Part shown: in pieces, positions 1-7,761 of the stretch
Layout of the letters: the number at the start of each line of letters is the position of its first letter
Position numbering within the stretch: position 1 is the first letter of the stretch
Origin: an uncultured Actinomycetota bacterium
Lineage (GTDB): Bacteria > Actinomycetota > Actinomycetes > Actinomycetales > Dermatophilaceae
NCBI GenBank assembly: GCA_963772645.1
Contig: CAVYYD010000012.1
Span: 30,024-94,023 of the forward strand
DNA length: 64,000 nt
Reading direction: 5' to 3'
Position numbers and translations under genes: made by a program
The notes under the pieces: model-generated
Database searches by the model: none
What the model was told of the DNA's origin: nothing
What the model saw: the letters and a program-made list of their open reading frames with translations, nothing else

Positions 1-532
1 CCGTGACCATGACCACCCGCCAGGCCCGGCGCTCGACGATCGGCCAGAGCAGGAGGACGACGGTGGTGAAGAAGGCCGCCGAGCCCACCGCGTGGCCGGA
101 GGGGAACGAGTAGCCCGGCGCCTTGGACACCGGGTCCTCGACGACCGGCCGCGCCCGCTGGAAGACGAACTTGCCGGCGAACTCGACGAACCAGGCGAAC
201 ATCATCGTCCCGAAGGCCCACCAGGAGCGGGTGCGCAAACCCTTGCCGAGCCACACCCACAGGCACAGCACCGTCCCGACCGCGTAGAGGTTGCGGGGAA
301 GGAAGGCGGCCTGCCAGAAGAGCCAGAAGTCCAGCAGCCAGGGGTGGTCGCGGGTGATCGGGACGAGGGTGCGGATGGCGGCGTCGTCGAGGTTGATCAG
401 GGGGTCCCACTTGCTGCGGACGAGGAACCCGGTGCCGAAGAAGACCACCGCGATGACGGCCGCGTAGACCCAGGACCGGCCGAGGCGACGGAGGCGGGAG
501 CTCTCCGTCGTGGGTTCGTCGTCGCTGGGCAC
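1..532 (-). CDS. PAP2-family membrane phosphatase; the C-terminal end runs off the window edge
   Basis: Own minus-strand translation from GTG at 532: VPSDDEPTT...FQRARPVVEDPVSKAPGYSFPSGHAVGSAAFFTTVVLLLWP. It has the PSGH signature of PAP2 phosphatases and several hydrophobic helices. It is absent from the ORF track because the frame is open to base 1. Confidence 0.7.
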   Translation of the reverse strand, partial: MPSDDEPTTESSRLRRLGRSWVYAAVIAVVFFGTGFLVRSKWDPLINLDDAAIRTLVPITRDHPWLLDFWLFWQAAFLPRNLYAVGTVLCLWVWLGKGLRTRSWWAFGTMMFAWFVEFAGKFVFQRARPVVEDPVSKAPGYSFPSGHAVGSAAFFTTVVLLLWPIVERRAWRVVMVT

Positions 533-640
533 CGCCCATTCATACCGCACGGGAGGAGCGGCCCGGGGGGTCCGCGACAGGGCTGCGCGGGGCCGCCCGA
601 GGGGGCCGGGGCACCCGGCCGCGTGGGATGCTGGGTCGCC

Positions 641-1546
641 ATGGTCGAGTTGTCCGTGACGTCCGCGTCGAACCCGCGCCTGCGGGCGGTCGCCGCGCTG
701 CGCCGCCGGCGGGTCCGAGAGGAGGAGGGGCTCACCGCCGTCGACGGCTACGAGGAGCTCGAGCTGGCCCTCGACGCCGGTGTCGTGCCGCAGGTCGTCC
801 TGCACTGCCCCGAGCTGATGCTCGACCCGGCCCGGCAGTCCGCCCTCGTCGCGCGGGCCAGGGCCTTGGGGGCGGGGACCATCCGCTGCGGGCGGGCCGC
901 CTTCGAGAAGGTCGCCTACCGCGAGGGGCCGGACGGCTTCCTCGCCGTGCTGCCGGTGCCCGGGGTGGCGCTGAGCGAGCTCGTGGTGCCCCCCGACCCG
1001 CTCGTCGTCGTCTGCGAGGGGCTGGAGAAGCCCGGCAACCTCGGCGCCGTGCTGCGCACCGCCGACGCCGCGGGCGTGGCCGCCGTGCTCGCCGCCGACC
1101 CGACGACCGACTGGGGCAACCCGAACGTCGTCCGTGCGAGCAAGGGCACGGTCTTCACCGTGCCGGTCGCGGCCGCCTCCACCGCCGAGGTGCTGGCCTG
1201 GCTGGCGCAGCACGGAATCCGGCTCGTCGCCACCACGCCGGACACCGACGCACTGCACACCGACGTCGACTACCGCGGAGCGGTGGCGCTGGCCGTCGGT
1301 GCCGAGAAGCACGGGCTGACCGCGTCGGTGCTCTCAGCCGCGGACGAGCGGGTCCGCATCCCGATGGCCGGCCGGGTCAACTCGCTCAACGCCTCCACCG
1401 CCGCGGCGGTGGTCGTCTACGAGGCGGTCCGCCAGCGCACCGCCGGGACCCGTGTGGCCGGTGGGGCCGGTGGGGCGGCCGCCACCGGACCGGTCGCCGG
1501 CCCCGGGGGTGCGGTCGGGAGCACTCCCGGCCGTGTGCGACGATGA
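641..1546 (+). CDS. TrmH/SpoU-family RNA 2'-O-methyltransferase
   Basis: In ORF 92..1546 the conserved part starts at ATG 641 (MVELSVTSASNPRL). SpoU motifs are GLEKPGNLGAVLRTADAAG and IPMAGRVNSLNASTAAAVVVYE. Confidence 0.85.
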   Translation: MVELSVTSASNPRLRAVAALRRRRVREEEGLTAVDGYEELELALDAGVVPQVVLHCPELMLDPARQSALVARARALGAGTIRCGRAAFEKVAYREGPDGFLAVLPVPGVALSELVVPPDPLVVVCEGLEKPGNLGAVLRTADAAGVAAVLAADPTTDWGNPNVVRASKGTVFTVPVAAASTAEVLAWLAQHGIRLVATTPDTDALHTDVDYRGAVALAVGAEKHGLTASVLSAADERVRIPMAGRVNSLNASTAAAVVVYEAVRQRTAGTRVAGGAGGAAATGPVAGPGGAVGSTPGRVRR

Positions 1547-2187
1547 ACGCCATGCGAGTTGACCATGTCGTCTACGCCGCCGAGCACGACGGGGTGTTCG
1601 CCACGGCCGAACGCCTCGCGAAGCTGATCGGCGTGACGCCGGTCGACGGGGGAGTGCACCCGCGCTTCGGGACGCGCAACGTCATCCTGCCCCTCGCGCA
1701 CGAGCGCTACGTCGAGGTCGTCGAGGTGCTCGAGCATCCCGCGGCCGACAAGGCGCCGTTCGGGCAGGTCGTCCGGGCACGCTCCGAGGCCGGCGGGGGC
1801 TGGCTCGGGTGGGTCGTCTGCGTCGACGACATCCACGAGCAGGAGGACCGCCTCGGCCGCGAGGCGGTCGAGGGCAACCGGCACCGACCCGACGGGGTCG
1901 AGCTGCGGTGGAAGCAGATCGGGGTCAAGGGCCTGCAGGCAGACCCGCAGCTGCCGTTCTTCATCGAGTGGGAGCCGGGCGCGCCGCATCCCTCGGCCGA
2001 CGCCGACACCGAGGTGACCATCGAGTCGCTGCAGATCGCCGGCGACCCCGACCGGGTCCGCGAGTGGCTGGGCCTGCCCGTCGACTACACGTCCTCGGTC
2101 ATCGAGTTCGTCTTCGTGGCGCCGCACGGCACGCCGGGGCTGATGTCGGTGACGTTCGAGACCCCGCACGGCGAGGTCACCGTCTGA
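1543..2187 (+). CDS. VOC / glyoxalase-like domain protein
   Basis: This is the last 214 aa of ORF 628..2187, from ATG 1543 (ATGA overlap with the upstream stop): MNAMRVDHVVYAAEHDG...FFIEWE. The pattern fits a glyoxalase-like domain. Confidence 0.65.
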   Translation: MNAMRVDHVVYAAEHDGVFATAERLAKLIGVTPVDGGVHPRFGTRNVILPLAHERYVEVVEVLEHPAADKAPFGQVVRARSEAGGGWLGWVVCVDDIHEQEDRLGREAVEGNRHRPDGVELRWKQIGVKGLQADPQLPFFIEWEPGAPHPSADADTEVTIESLQIAGDPDRVREWLGLPVDYTSSVIEFVFVAPHGTPGLMSVTFETPHGEVTV

Positions 2188-2223
2188 CGCCCGCCCGGCC
2201 CGTCCCGCCGGTCCGGGGGAGGG

Positions 2224-4128
2224 TCAGGTCCGGCGCGTCCAGCGCCGCAGCCGCAGGCTGTTCGTCACGACGAGGACGCTGCTCATCGCCATCGCCGCGC
2301 CGGCGACCATCGGGCTGAGCATCCCGGCCATCGCGAGCGGGATCGCCGCGATGTTGTAGCCGAAGGCCCAGCCGAGGTTCTGCCGGATGGTGCGCAGCGT
2401 CGCCCGGGACAGGGCGATGGCGTCGACGACCGCCGGGAGGTCCGCGCGCAGCAGGACGATGTCGGCGGCGTCGGCCGCGATGTCGGTCCCGGTCCCCATC
2501 GCGATGCCGAGGTCGGCCTGGACCAGCGCCGCGGCGTCGTTGACGCCGTCGCCGACCATGGCCACCACCTTGCCGGAGGCCTGGAGCCGGGCGATCATCG
2601 CGTGCTTGTCCTGCGGGCGCACGTCGGCGACGACTCGGCTCGCCGGGATGCCGACGTCGCGGGCGACCGAGAGCGCCGCCCGGTCGTGGTCGCCGGTGAG
2701 CAGGTAGGTGGGCAGCCCGGCATCGGTGAGGTCCCGGATGGCCCGGGCCGAGCTGCGGCGCACCGTGTCGGCGACGGTGAGCGAGGCGTGGGCCCGTCCG
2801 TCCCAGCCGACCCAGACCGTCGTGCCGTCGACGGTCGGCCTGCTGATGTCGACCGGCACCTCGTCGAAGAGGTCGGCCCGGCCGACGGTGACGACGGTGT
2901 CCTTGACGCGCGCCCGCGCGCCGGCGCCCGGCAGCGACTCGAAGTCGGTGGCGGGGGGGACCTCGAGGCCGCGGGCCCGGGCCGCCCCCACGACCGCGGC
3001 GGCGACCGGGTGCTCGCTGCCGGCCTCGACGGCCGCGGCGGCACGCAGCGCCTGGTCCTTGGGCAGCCGGCCGGTCGTGGCGACGTCGACGAGGTTCATC
3101 TCGCCGGAGGTCACCGTGCCGGTCTTGTCGAGGACGACCGTGTCGATCCGGCGGGTGTCCTCGAGGACGTCGGCACCCTTGATGAGGATGCCGAGCCGCG
3201 CGCCGCGCCCGGTCCCCACGAGCAGGGCGGTGGGAGTGGCGAGCCCGAGGGCGCAGGGGCAGGCGATGACGAGCACGGCGATTCCGGTCCCCAGCGCCCG
3301 GGCGGGGTCGCCGGTCGCGACCCACCAGCCGGTGAAGGTGAGGGCGGCGAGGACGAGGACGACCGGGACGAAGACGGCCGAGACCCGGTCGGCGAGGCGT
3401 TGGACCGGGGCCTTGGACGTCTGGGCCCGCTCGACGAGCCGAGCGATGCCGGCCAGCGTCGTCTCCGAGCCGACCCGGCTGGCCTCGACCACGAGCCGCC
3501 CGGTGGTGTTGACGGTTCCCCCGGTGACCTCGTCCCCCGGCTCGACGTCGACCGGGACCGACTCGCCGGTGACGAGCGAGGCGTCGATCGCGCTCCGTCC
3601 CTCGAGCACGACCCCGTCGGTGGCGACCTTCTCGCCGGGACGGACGACGAACCGGTCGCCGACGCCGAGCCGGTCGACGGGCACCCGCTGCTCGGTGCCG
3701 GCGCCGGTGACCGGGTCCACGCGCAGGACCGCCGCATCCTTGGCGCCCAGGGTGAGCAGCCCACGGAGCGAGTCGCGGGTCCGGTCGGTGGCACGGGCCT
3801 CCATCCACCGGCCGATGAGCAGGAAGGTGGTCACGACGGTCGCGGACTCGAACCAGAGGTGCTCGCCACCGCCCATGCCCGTGGCGGCGCTCCCTCTCAG
3901 GACCACCACGAGCGAGGAGAGGTAGGCGGCCAGGACCCCGAGCGAGACGAGGGTGTCCATCGTCGACGCACCGTGCCGGGCGTTGAGCGCGGCGGCCCGG
4001 TGGAACGGCCAGCCGGCCCAGGCGACGACCGGGGTGGCCAGGACCAGCTGGACCCACGGCTCGTTCGGCAGGTCCAGGCCCGGCCACATCGCGATGACGA
4101 CGAGGGGGACGGTGAGGACGGCGGCCAC
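2224..4128 (-). CDS. copA: Copper/heavy-metal-translocating P1B-type ATPase, core part (TM, A, P and N domains). Its N-terminal HMA domain is in another frame; see the next feature.
   Basis: Motifs seen are LVTGES, IACPCALGLATP (CPC), VVLDKTGTVT and MVGDGVNDAAAL. The frame stays open upstream of 4128 through a plausible linker (...AADAADGAAAAADRAAAASAHHQVARQDDLRRRAAVAAVLTV). Confidence 0.9.
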   Translation of the reverse strand: MAAVLTVPLVVIAMWPGLDLPNEPWVQLVLATPVVAWAGWPFHRAAALNARHGASTMDTLVSLGVLAAYLSSLVVVLRGSAATGMGGGEHLWFESATVVTTFLLIGRWMEARATDRTRDSLRGLLTLGAKDAAVLRVDPVTGAGTEQRVPVDRLGVGDRFVVRPGEKVATDGVVLEGRSAIDASLVTGESVPVDVEPGDEVTGGTVNTTGRLVVEASRVGSETTLAGIARLVERAQTSKAPVQRLADRVSAVFVPVVLVLAALTFTGWWVATGDPARALGTGIAVLVIACPCALGLATPTALLVGTGRGARLGILIKGADVLEDTRRIDTVVLDKTGTVTSGEMNLVDVATTGRLPKDQALRAAAAVEAGSEHPVAAAVVGAARARGLEVPPATDFESLPGAGARARVKDTVVTVGRADLFDEVPVDISRPTVDGTTVWVGWDGRAHASLTVADTVRRSSARAIRDLTDAGLPTYLLTGDHDRAALSVARDVGIPASRVVADVRPQDKHAMIARLQASGKVVAMVGDGVNDAAALVQADLGIAMGTGTDIAADAADIVLLRADLPAVVDAIALSRATLRTIRQNLGWAFGYNIAAIPLAMAGMLSPMVAGAAMAMSSVLVVTNSLRLRRWTRRT

Positions 4129-4289
4129 GGCGGCGCGGCGGCGCAGGTCGTCCTGGCGGGCGACCTGGTGGTGGGCGCTCGCAGCGGCGGCCCGGTCGGC
4201 CGCGGCGGCAGCGCCGTCGGCCGCGTCCGCGGCGCCGGCGGGAGGTGCCGACCCGGCGTCGGCCCCCGGCGCGCCGGTGGCCCCGGGGC

Positions 4290-4586
4290 CGCCCCGTCCG
4301 GCTCGCCGGCCGGGGCCGGCACGCGTGGTACGGGCGGGGCGCCGTCGCCGAGGACCTCGGCGCCGTAGCCGGTCCGGCGCACCGTGCGCAGCAGGTCATC
4401 GACGGTGACCGCGCCGGAGTAGCGGACCGTGGCCTTCTCGGTGGCGAGGTTGACCACGGCGTCGACACCGTCGAGCTTGCCGAGCTTGCGTTCGATCCGG
4501 GCCGAGCACGAGGCGCAGGTCATCCCGGAGATCGCGAGGTCGACCTCGTGGACCTCGTCGGTGTGGTGGTCGGTGGTCTGGGTCAT
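4290..4586 (-). CDS. HMA (heavy-metal-associated) domain, either the N-terminus of copA or a CopZ-like unit. It is out of frame with the ATPase core by one base.
   Basis: ORF 3897..4586 begins MTQTTDHHTDEVHEVDLAISGMTCASCSARIERKLGKLDGVDAVVNLATEKATVRY (GMTCxxC motif). After about residue 95 the translation becomes P/R/S-rich junk. The lower boundary is approximate. Confidence 0.8.
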
Positions 4587-4595
4587 CGCTGCTCC

Positions 4596-4907
4596 TCAGC
4601 TGCGGACGAGTCGGGCGATGGTGGCCTGCACCTCGGCGACCTTCTCGGCGGCCGCCTCGTCGGACTCCCGGGCCGCCTCGACCACGCAGTGGGCGATGTG
4701 GTCGTCGAGCAGGCCGAGGCTGACCGCCTGCAGGGCCCGGGTCACGGCGCTCACCTGGGTGAGGACGTCGATGCAGTAGGTGTCGCTCTCCACCATCCGG
4801 GCGATGCCGCGGACCTGTCCCTCGATCCGGCGCAGCCTCTTGAGGTGGGCGTCCTTGGTGTCGGAGTAGCCCGGGGTGGCATGGTGGGTCTCGCTCGTCA
4901 CGGCCAT
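4596..4907 (-). CDS. csoR: CsoR-family copper-sensing transcriptional repressor
   Basis: MAVTSETHHATPGYSDTKDAHLKRLRRIEGQVRGIARMVESDTYCIDVLTQVSAVTRALQAVSLGLLDDHIAHC shows the C-H-C ligand pattern of CsoR/DUF156. Start chosen at ATG 4907. The gene lies directly upstream of HMA/copA. Confidence 0.85.
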   Translation of the reverse strand: MAVTSETHHATPGYSDTKDAHLKRLRRIEGQVRGIARMVESDTYCIDVLTQVSAVTRALQAVSLGLLDDHIAHCVVEAARESDEAAAEKVAEVQATIARLVRS

Positions 4908-4916
4908 GGCAGGAGT

Positions 4917-4933
4917 ATACCCCGGTGGGGTAT
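4917..4933. promoter_or_regulatory. Candidate CsoR operator: perfect inverted repeat ATACCCC-GGT-GGGGTAT overlapping a possible TATACT -10 box
   Basis: The sequence ataccccggtggggtat lies 10 nt upstream of the csoR start codon. C4/G4-tract pseudo-palindromes of this ATACCC...GGGTAT type are what I recall for CsoR operators. Confidence 0.55.
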
Positions 4934-4951
4934 GGCGCATGACCGCCGCCC

Positions 4952-5007
4952 CTCGGGTCGGGTGCCGAGGTGGCTGCCCGGGCGACCGCCGGGGCACCCG
5001 ACCCGGG
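4952..5007. repeat. Palindromic intergenic repeat, copy A (hairpin with 13-bp perfect arms cgggtcgggtgcc / ggcacccgacccg)
   Basis: It is related to copies at 51361..51414 and 53161..53216, sharing a core of the form TCGGGTGCyyAGGTGG...GCACCCGAC. It lies between the purB stop and the csoR start. Confidence 0.6.
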
Positions 5008-5015
5008 TGCGGGCG

Positions 5016-6485
5016 CTACGGCAGGTGGTCGACGAGCTCGGCGGCCAGGCCCACGTAGCCCGGCGGGGTCAGCGCGGCCAGCCGCTGCTCGACCTCGGGC
5101 GGCAGCCCGAGGCCCCGGACGAAGGCGACGAGGTCGTCGCGCCCGATCCGCCGCCCGCGGGTCAGCTCCTTGAGCCGCTCGTAGGGCTCGTCCATGCCGG
5201 GCAGGCCCTGCGCGGCGAGCGCCCGCATCGCGGACTGCACGGCCTCGCCGAGCACCTCCCAGTTGGCGTCGAGGTCGGCGGCCATCGCCTCGGGGACCGC
5301 GTCGAGGCCGGCCAGCCCGCGCTGGGCGTTGTCGATGGCCAGGATGCTGTGGCCGAGTGCCGACCCGATGTTGCGCTGCATCGAGGAGTCGGTGAGGTCA
5401 CGCTGGAGCCTGCTCTGGACGAGGGTGGCCGAGAGCACGTCGAGCAGCGCGTTGGACACCTCGAGGTTGGCCTCGGCGTTCTCGAACCGGATCGGGTTGA
5501 CCTTGTGCGGCATCGTCGAGGAACCGACCGTGCCCTGGCCGCGGACCTGGGCGAAGTACCCCATCGAGATGTACGACCACACGTCCGTGCACATGTTGTG
5601 CAGCACCCGGTTGAAGCGCGCGATGTCGGCGTAGAGCTCGGCCTGCCAGTCGTGGCTCTCGATCTGGGTCGTCAGCGGGTTCCAGGTCAGCCCGAGGTGC
5701 TCGACGAACGCGCGGCTGACGTCCTGCCAGTCCACCGCGGGCACCGCCGCGAGATGCGCACCGTAGGTCCCGGTGGCCCCGTTGAGCTTGCCGAGGTACT
5801 CGGCGTCATCGACCCGCGCGAGCTGGCGGCGCATCCGCCAGGCGAGGACGGCCAGCTCCTTGCCCATCGTCGTCGGGGTGGCCGGCTGGCCGTGGGTGTG
5901 TGCGAGCAACGGGACGTCGCGCAGCTCGCGGGCCATCGCGGAGAGCCCGTCGACGAGGGCGCTCGCCCGGGGCAGCCACACCCGCTGCACGGCGCCCTTG
6001 ACCATGACGGCGTAGGAGAGGTTGTTGATGTCCTCGCTCGTGCAGGCGAAGTGGACGAGCTCGGCGAGCCCGGCGTCCTCGTCGGCCGGGGCCAGGGCGC
6101 GCAGCCGGGTCCTGAGGAAGTACTCGACGGCCTTGACGTCGTGCTGGGTGACCCGTTCGGTCGCCGCGAGCTCCTCGATCTCGTCCGGGCCGAAGGTCGT
6201 GACGACCCCGCGGAGGGCGGCCTGCTCGGCGGCGGTCAGCCGGCGCACCCCCGGGACCACCTGGCGTTCGGTGAGGTGGATGAGCCACTCGACCTCGACG
6301 TGCACCCGCGCCCGGTTGAGGGCGGGCTCGGAGAGGTGGTCGACGAGGGGGGCGACGACACCGCGGTACCGACCGTCGAGGGCGCCGAGCGCGATCGGCG
6401 GGGTGGCGTCGGCGAGGCTCGCGGCTCCCTCGAGCCCGGAGGCGTGGTGCCGCTCGGCGTCGGTCGTGCTGGCCATGGGCTCCAT
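5016..6485 (-). CDS. purB: Adenylosuccinate lyase
   Basis: This is the portion of ORF 5016..6695 from MEPMASTTD. It contains ...LSPLDGRY-like ALDGRYRG, HFACTSEDINNLSY, GSSTMPHKVNPIRFENAEANL (fumarate-lyase signature) and about 490 aa. Confidence 0.9.
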   Translation of the reverse strand: MEPMASTTDAERHHASGLEGAASLADATPPIALGALDGRYRGVVAPLVDHLSEPALNRARVHVEVEWLIHLTERQVVPGVRRLTAAEQAALRGVVTTFGPDEIEELAATERVTQHDVKAVEYFLRTRLRALAPADEDAGLAELVHFACTSEDINNLSYAVMVKGAVQRVWLPRASALVDGLSAMARELRDVPLLAHTHGQPATPTTMGKELAVLAWRMRRQLARVDDAEYLGKLNGATGTYGAHLAAVPAVDWQDVSRAFVEHLGLTWNPLTTQIESHDWQAELYADIARFNRVLHNMCTDVWSYISMGYFAQVRGQGTVGSSTMPHKVNPIRFENAEANLEVSNALLDVLSATLVQSRLQRDLTDSSMQRNIGSALGHSILAIDNAQRGLAGLDAVPEAMAADLDANWEVLGEAVQSAMRALAAQGLPGMDEPYERLKELTRGRRIGRDDLVAFVRGLGLPPEVEQRLAALTPPGYVGLAAELVDHLP

Positions 6486-6510
6486 CCTCCCAGAGCGGAC
6501 CCGGCGGGGT

Positions 6511-7029
6511 TCAGCCGCCGTCGAGCTCGCGCCGCAGGTGCGCCAGGATGCCGGGGACCGCCGCGACGATCTCGTCGTGGGTCCGGTCGTAGTCGGGGTC
6601 GGTGCCGTACCAGGGGTCGTCCATGCCGAGGTCCCCCGAGGCGACCGCGTCCGGGTCGAAGGAGCGCAGCAGCCGGATCCGCTCGGCCTCCTCACCGTCG
6701 CGGGCCAGCCGCTCGAGGCGGTCCGCGTGCGGGTGGTCCGCGGCGAGGACGAGGTCGACGTCGTCGAACCAGTCGCGCCGGAACTGCCGGGCCCGGTGCT
6801 GGTCCCAGCCGAGGTCGCGGTGCCCGTGGCGCTCCAGCGCCGCGCGGGTGCGGCGGTGCATCGGGTTCCCCAGCTCCTCGGTGGAGGTCCCCGCGGAGTC
6901 GACCGCGACCCGGTCGTCGAGGCCGGCGTCCTCGAGCGCCTCGCGCAGGATGTACTCGGCCATCGGGGAGCGGCAGATGTTGCCGTGGCAGACGACGGTG
7001 ACGCGGTACGGGCGGTCGGTGGCGGTCAT
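6511..7029 (-). CDS. Low-molecular-weight protein-tyrosine phosphatase
   Basis: From MTATDRPYRVTVVCHGNICRSPMAE (CX5R(S) P-loop) to ...DPWYG (DP loop). Start at ATG 7029. Confidence 0.85.
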   Translation of the reverse strand: MTATDRPYRVTVVCHGNICRSPMAEYILREALEDAGLDDRVAVDSAGTSTEELGNPMHRRTRAALERHGHRDLGWDQHRARQFRRDWFDDVDLVLAADHPHADRLERLARDGEEAERIRLLRSFDPDAVASGDLGMDDPWYGTDPDYDRTHDEIVAAVPGILAHLRRELDGG

Positions 7030-7068
7030 GCCACCATCCTCGCAACCCGTCCGCCCCCGGTGTCGCGG

Positions 7069-7101
7069 CACCTCGTGCGACCCGTGCAACCGCACGAGGT
7101 G
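7069..7101 (-). terminator. GC-rich hairpin downstream of the response-regulator gene (11-bp arms cacctcgtgcg / cgcacgaggtg)
   Basis: A perfect inverted repeat sits in the 96-nt gap between the regulator stop (7126) and the phosphatase start (7029). There is no U-tract. Confidence 0.4.
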
Positions 7102-7125
7102 GCGGCCCGATGGGCGGCGGCCCGG

Positions 7126-7761
7126 TCAGGCCCCGTGTCGGCCGAGGCCGGCAGCCCGTCCCAGGGCGACCGCCTCCTCCCGGGTGCCGACGCCGAGCTT
7201 CCCCAGCATCACCGAGAGCCGGTTGCGCACGGTCTTCGGGGCGATGAAGAGCCGGCTCGCCACCTGCGAGGTGGGCAGCCCCTGGACGAGGAGCTCGAGG
7301 ATCTCCAGCTCGCGGCTGTCGAGGGCGGCCAGCGCACCGGTCCGGGGGGCGGTCGCGGCTGCGGCGACGACCGGCGCCGTGGCCCCACGGCCGAGGACCA
7401 GCGTCCCCCGGGCCGCGGAGTGGACGGCCGCGAGCACGGCCTCGGGATCGGAGTCCTTGAGCAGGTAGCCGTCGAGTCCCGAGCCCAGGCTGCGCATGAC
7501 GGCGTCGTCGTCCGCGTGCATCGTGAGGACGACGACCCGTACCCCCGGCCACCGGTGCTTCAGGGCCACGCCGAGCTCGATGCCGTCACCGTCGGGGAGG
7601 CGCAGGTCGACGACCGCCACGTCCGCCTCCTCCGGCACCGCGAGGGCCTCGGCGACGCTGGTCGCGGTGGCGACGAGCTCGAGGCCCGGCTCGGACTCGA
7701 CGAGCGCGCCGAGGCCCGACAGGACGACGGGGTGGTCGTCCACGACGAGGACCCGGGTCAT
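7126..7761 (-). CDS. NarL/FixJ (LuxR-type) response regulator
   Basis: MTRVLVVDDHPVVLSGL...DVAVVDLRLPDGDG (receiver domain), then LDSRELEILELLVQGLPTSQVASRLFIAPKTVRNRL (LuxR HTH). Its start overlaps the kinase stop (ATGA). Confidence 0.9.
   Translation of the reverse strand: MTRVLVVDDHPVVLSGLGALVESEPGLELVATATSVAEALAVPEEADVAVVDLRLPDGDGIELGVALKHRWPGVRVVVLTMHADDDAVMRSLGSGLDGYLLKDSDPEAVLAAVHSAARGTLVLGRGATAPVVAAAATAPRTGALAALDSRELEILELLVQGLPTSQVASRLFIAPKTVRNRLSVMLGKLGVGTREEAVALGRAAGLGRHGA

Noticed and set aside
3897-4586. The 229-aa ORF as a stand-alone CopZ chaperone with a long tail.
   Set aside because: Only the first 90 or so residues look like protein (HMA fold plus linker). The remainder is P/R/S-rich and overlaps the first TM helices of the ATPase, read in the proper frame.
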